From: Azolla caroliniana
Taxonomy: Eukaryota; Plantae; Polypodiophyta
Length of the DNA stretch: 64,000 bases
NCBI GenBank assembly: GCA_043228905.1
Contig: JBHGNT010000004.1
Coordinates: forward strand, 16,864,001-16,928,000
Direction of reading: 5' to 3'
Below the pieces are notes generated by a model. That model worked only from the letters and a program-made list of their open reading frames with translations. It did not search any database and had not been told where the DNA came from. Of the stretch, positions 62,432 to 64,000 are shown one piece after another. Position numbers and translations under genes: made by a program. The stretch's first letter is position 1. Every line of letters begins with the position of its first letter.

Positions 62432-63100
62432 TGTTAGCCAACCGGCAAGGAGTGAAGGACAGTCCAGAATATAGAAGGGCAGAAATAATCGGAGGTTGTT
62501 ATTAGGATATTAAGTAATTAAGTAGATTTTAGAGAAGTGAATGAACAGACCGGAATCGGTATGCCGATCCGGATCGGATCGGTTCATATTAGTGTGCCAG
62601 TTGGCACCGTTTTGTAGGCAAAGCCGGTGATCTATAAAAAGGCCTGGTTACATAATAAATGACAACGGATAATTAATAAAGCTCTATTTTCCTTATCTCT
62701 GTGCATTGATTACCGTTCTGTGCTAATTACTTTCTATCTTGCGCGTGTATTAAGATTAAGGATCTGTTGCTTAAGTAACTGATTAAGGTCTGATTAATCG
62801 TCGGTCTAACTTTGTTTCACCGTAACACCCTTTGGTGAAGTGTCTTCTGTAGACACCCTGTGTTAGGCTATTGTCCAGCCCTATGAAGTAACACAATTTT
62901 TGGCAACCACGATTCCTGCATAAGCAACGAACATCGGCGGGAATGGATGACTAGAACGGCGAGCGGACCGGTTACGGATTGAGCAAGGAGACTCGCTGAG
63001 CAGCTACGGAAGCGAGAGGCCTTCCAGCAAGCGGCAGAAGAAATTCGTTCGGATCAATCATTTTCCAAAGTGATCCGGCGAGTGGCTGAGGGGAGTAACA
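62432..63100 (+). mobile_element. Internally deleted LTR element (LTR 62432-62893, PBS-like site, ~200 bp internal) with perfect 5-bp TSD AGGGG
   Basis: agggg|TGTTA...GTAACA|agggg interrupts Copia RT at AAKG|WHLHQMD. Internal gtaaca-caatttt-TGGCAACCACG. Confidence 0.8.
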
Positions 63101-64000
63101 AGGGGTGGCACTTACATCAAATGGATGTAAAGAACGTGTTCCTACAAGGTGATCTTGAGGAACAGGTGTACATGGTACAACCCCCCAGATTTCTATCCGA
63201 ACGAAACACTTCGACAATTTGCCGACTGAAGAAGTCACTCTACAGACTTAAGCAAGCCCCGCGAGCCTGGAACGCAAAGATTACGCAACAATTGCGTAGG
63301 ATGGGGTTTACAATGTCAAAATCAGACTCTTCATTATTTGTTCGGAAAGGTCAATATGGACCGGTAAGCCTTCTACTGTATGTTGATGATTTAGTCATCG
63401 CCGGTGCCGACCTAGACGAAATCCGTCGTGTAAAGTCTCAGCTTGCGGCATCATTCGAAATGAAGGATCTTGCAGACCTTCATTACTTCCTCGGGATCGA
63501 AGTGATCCGCGCCCCCGAAGGCATATTGATCAGCCAACGTCATTACACGCTGAATATGCTCTTCATGTTCGAGATGGCCAACTGTAATCCCATCTCGACC
63601 CCTCTAGATAGAAACCCAAAGCTTCGTCGAGATTCGAGAAAGGCATGCGACCCGACACTGTTTCGATAGATTGTCAGAAGCCTGATATATTTGACGATCA
63701 CCAGGCCGGACCTCAGCTACCCGGTCGGACTGATCAGTCAGTTTATGTCGCAGCCTATGACCGAACACTTTCAGTGCATGCAAAGGATATTGTGATATGT
63801 CAGCGGCACGAAAGACATGGCGTTGTTGTATCAAGCAGGCGTAGCCGAACAGTTGGTTGGCTACACGTATGCTGATTGGGCCGGAAATGCCAGTGATCGT
63901 AGATCCACATCCGGATATGCCTTCTCAGTAAGAAGTAGCCGACAGTAGCACTATCGAGCACGAAGGCCGAATATCGAGGGGCGACTGTCGCTACATGCGA

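Larger units (their letters stand above)
50338..64000 (+). mobile_element. Copia element 3 (LTR 50338-50597, iMet PBS, decayed gag-PR-INT-RT-RH), running off the window; hosts two nested inserts
   Basis: TGTAG...CTACA followed by TGGTATCAGAGC. Motifs MDRGMGSSLPTEKLDRSNY, YVDSGASNHMT, HSDVWG, HQMDVKN, LKQAPRAW and YVDD. The frame resumes across 53194-61856 and 62432-63100. Confidence 0.92.

Overview
Land-plant nuclear DNA (GT-AG introns, TTTAGGG repeats, plant LTR/LINE families); not prokaryotic, no CRISPR. The left part (1-38.6 kb) is a gene island with four genes: an intronless P-class PPR gene (522-2969, +), a 10-exon site-2 protease gene (10641-20021, +) whose 5.8-kb intron is packed with antisense RTE-like LINE fragments, NDUFA6/B14 (28407-30696, +) and a 3-exon Tim21-like gene (38411-33702, -). 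It also holds a decayed L1 carrying a hAT-type MITE. The right part (39.1-64 kb) follows a short decayed plastid-type 23S rRNA fragment and is a deep transposon nest: three related Copia copies, a Copia/Gypsy junction, a putative DNA transposon carrying C2H2 and Ulp1-protease pseudogenes, and a Gypsy with both LTRs that lacks PR-RT but keeps a ~1000-codon extra 3' ORF. The most unusual signals are (i) two different solo-LTR-like elements (TGTCG...TTCTTCACGACA) both inserted at ACGT with a 4-bp duplication, (ii) the Gypsy extra ORF (NLS-like motifs plus coiled coil), and (iii) a covarying 3' hairpin shared by two LINE families. Gene models and family assignments were read by eye and from remembered motifs; no database searches were run.
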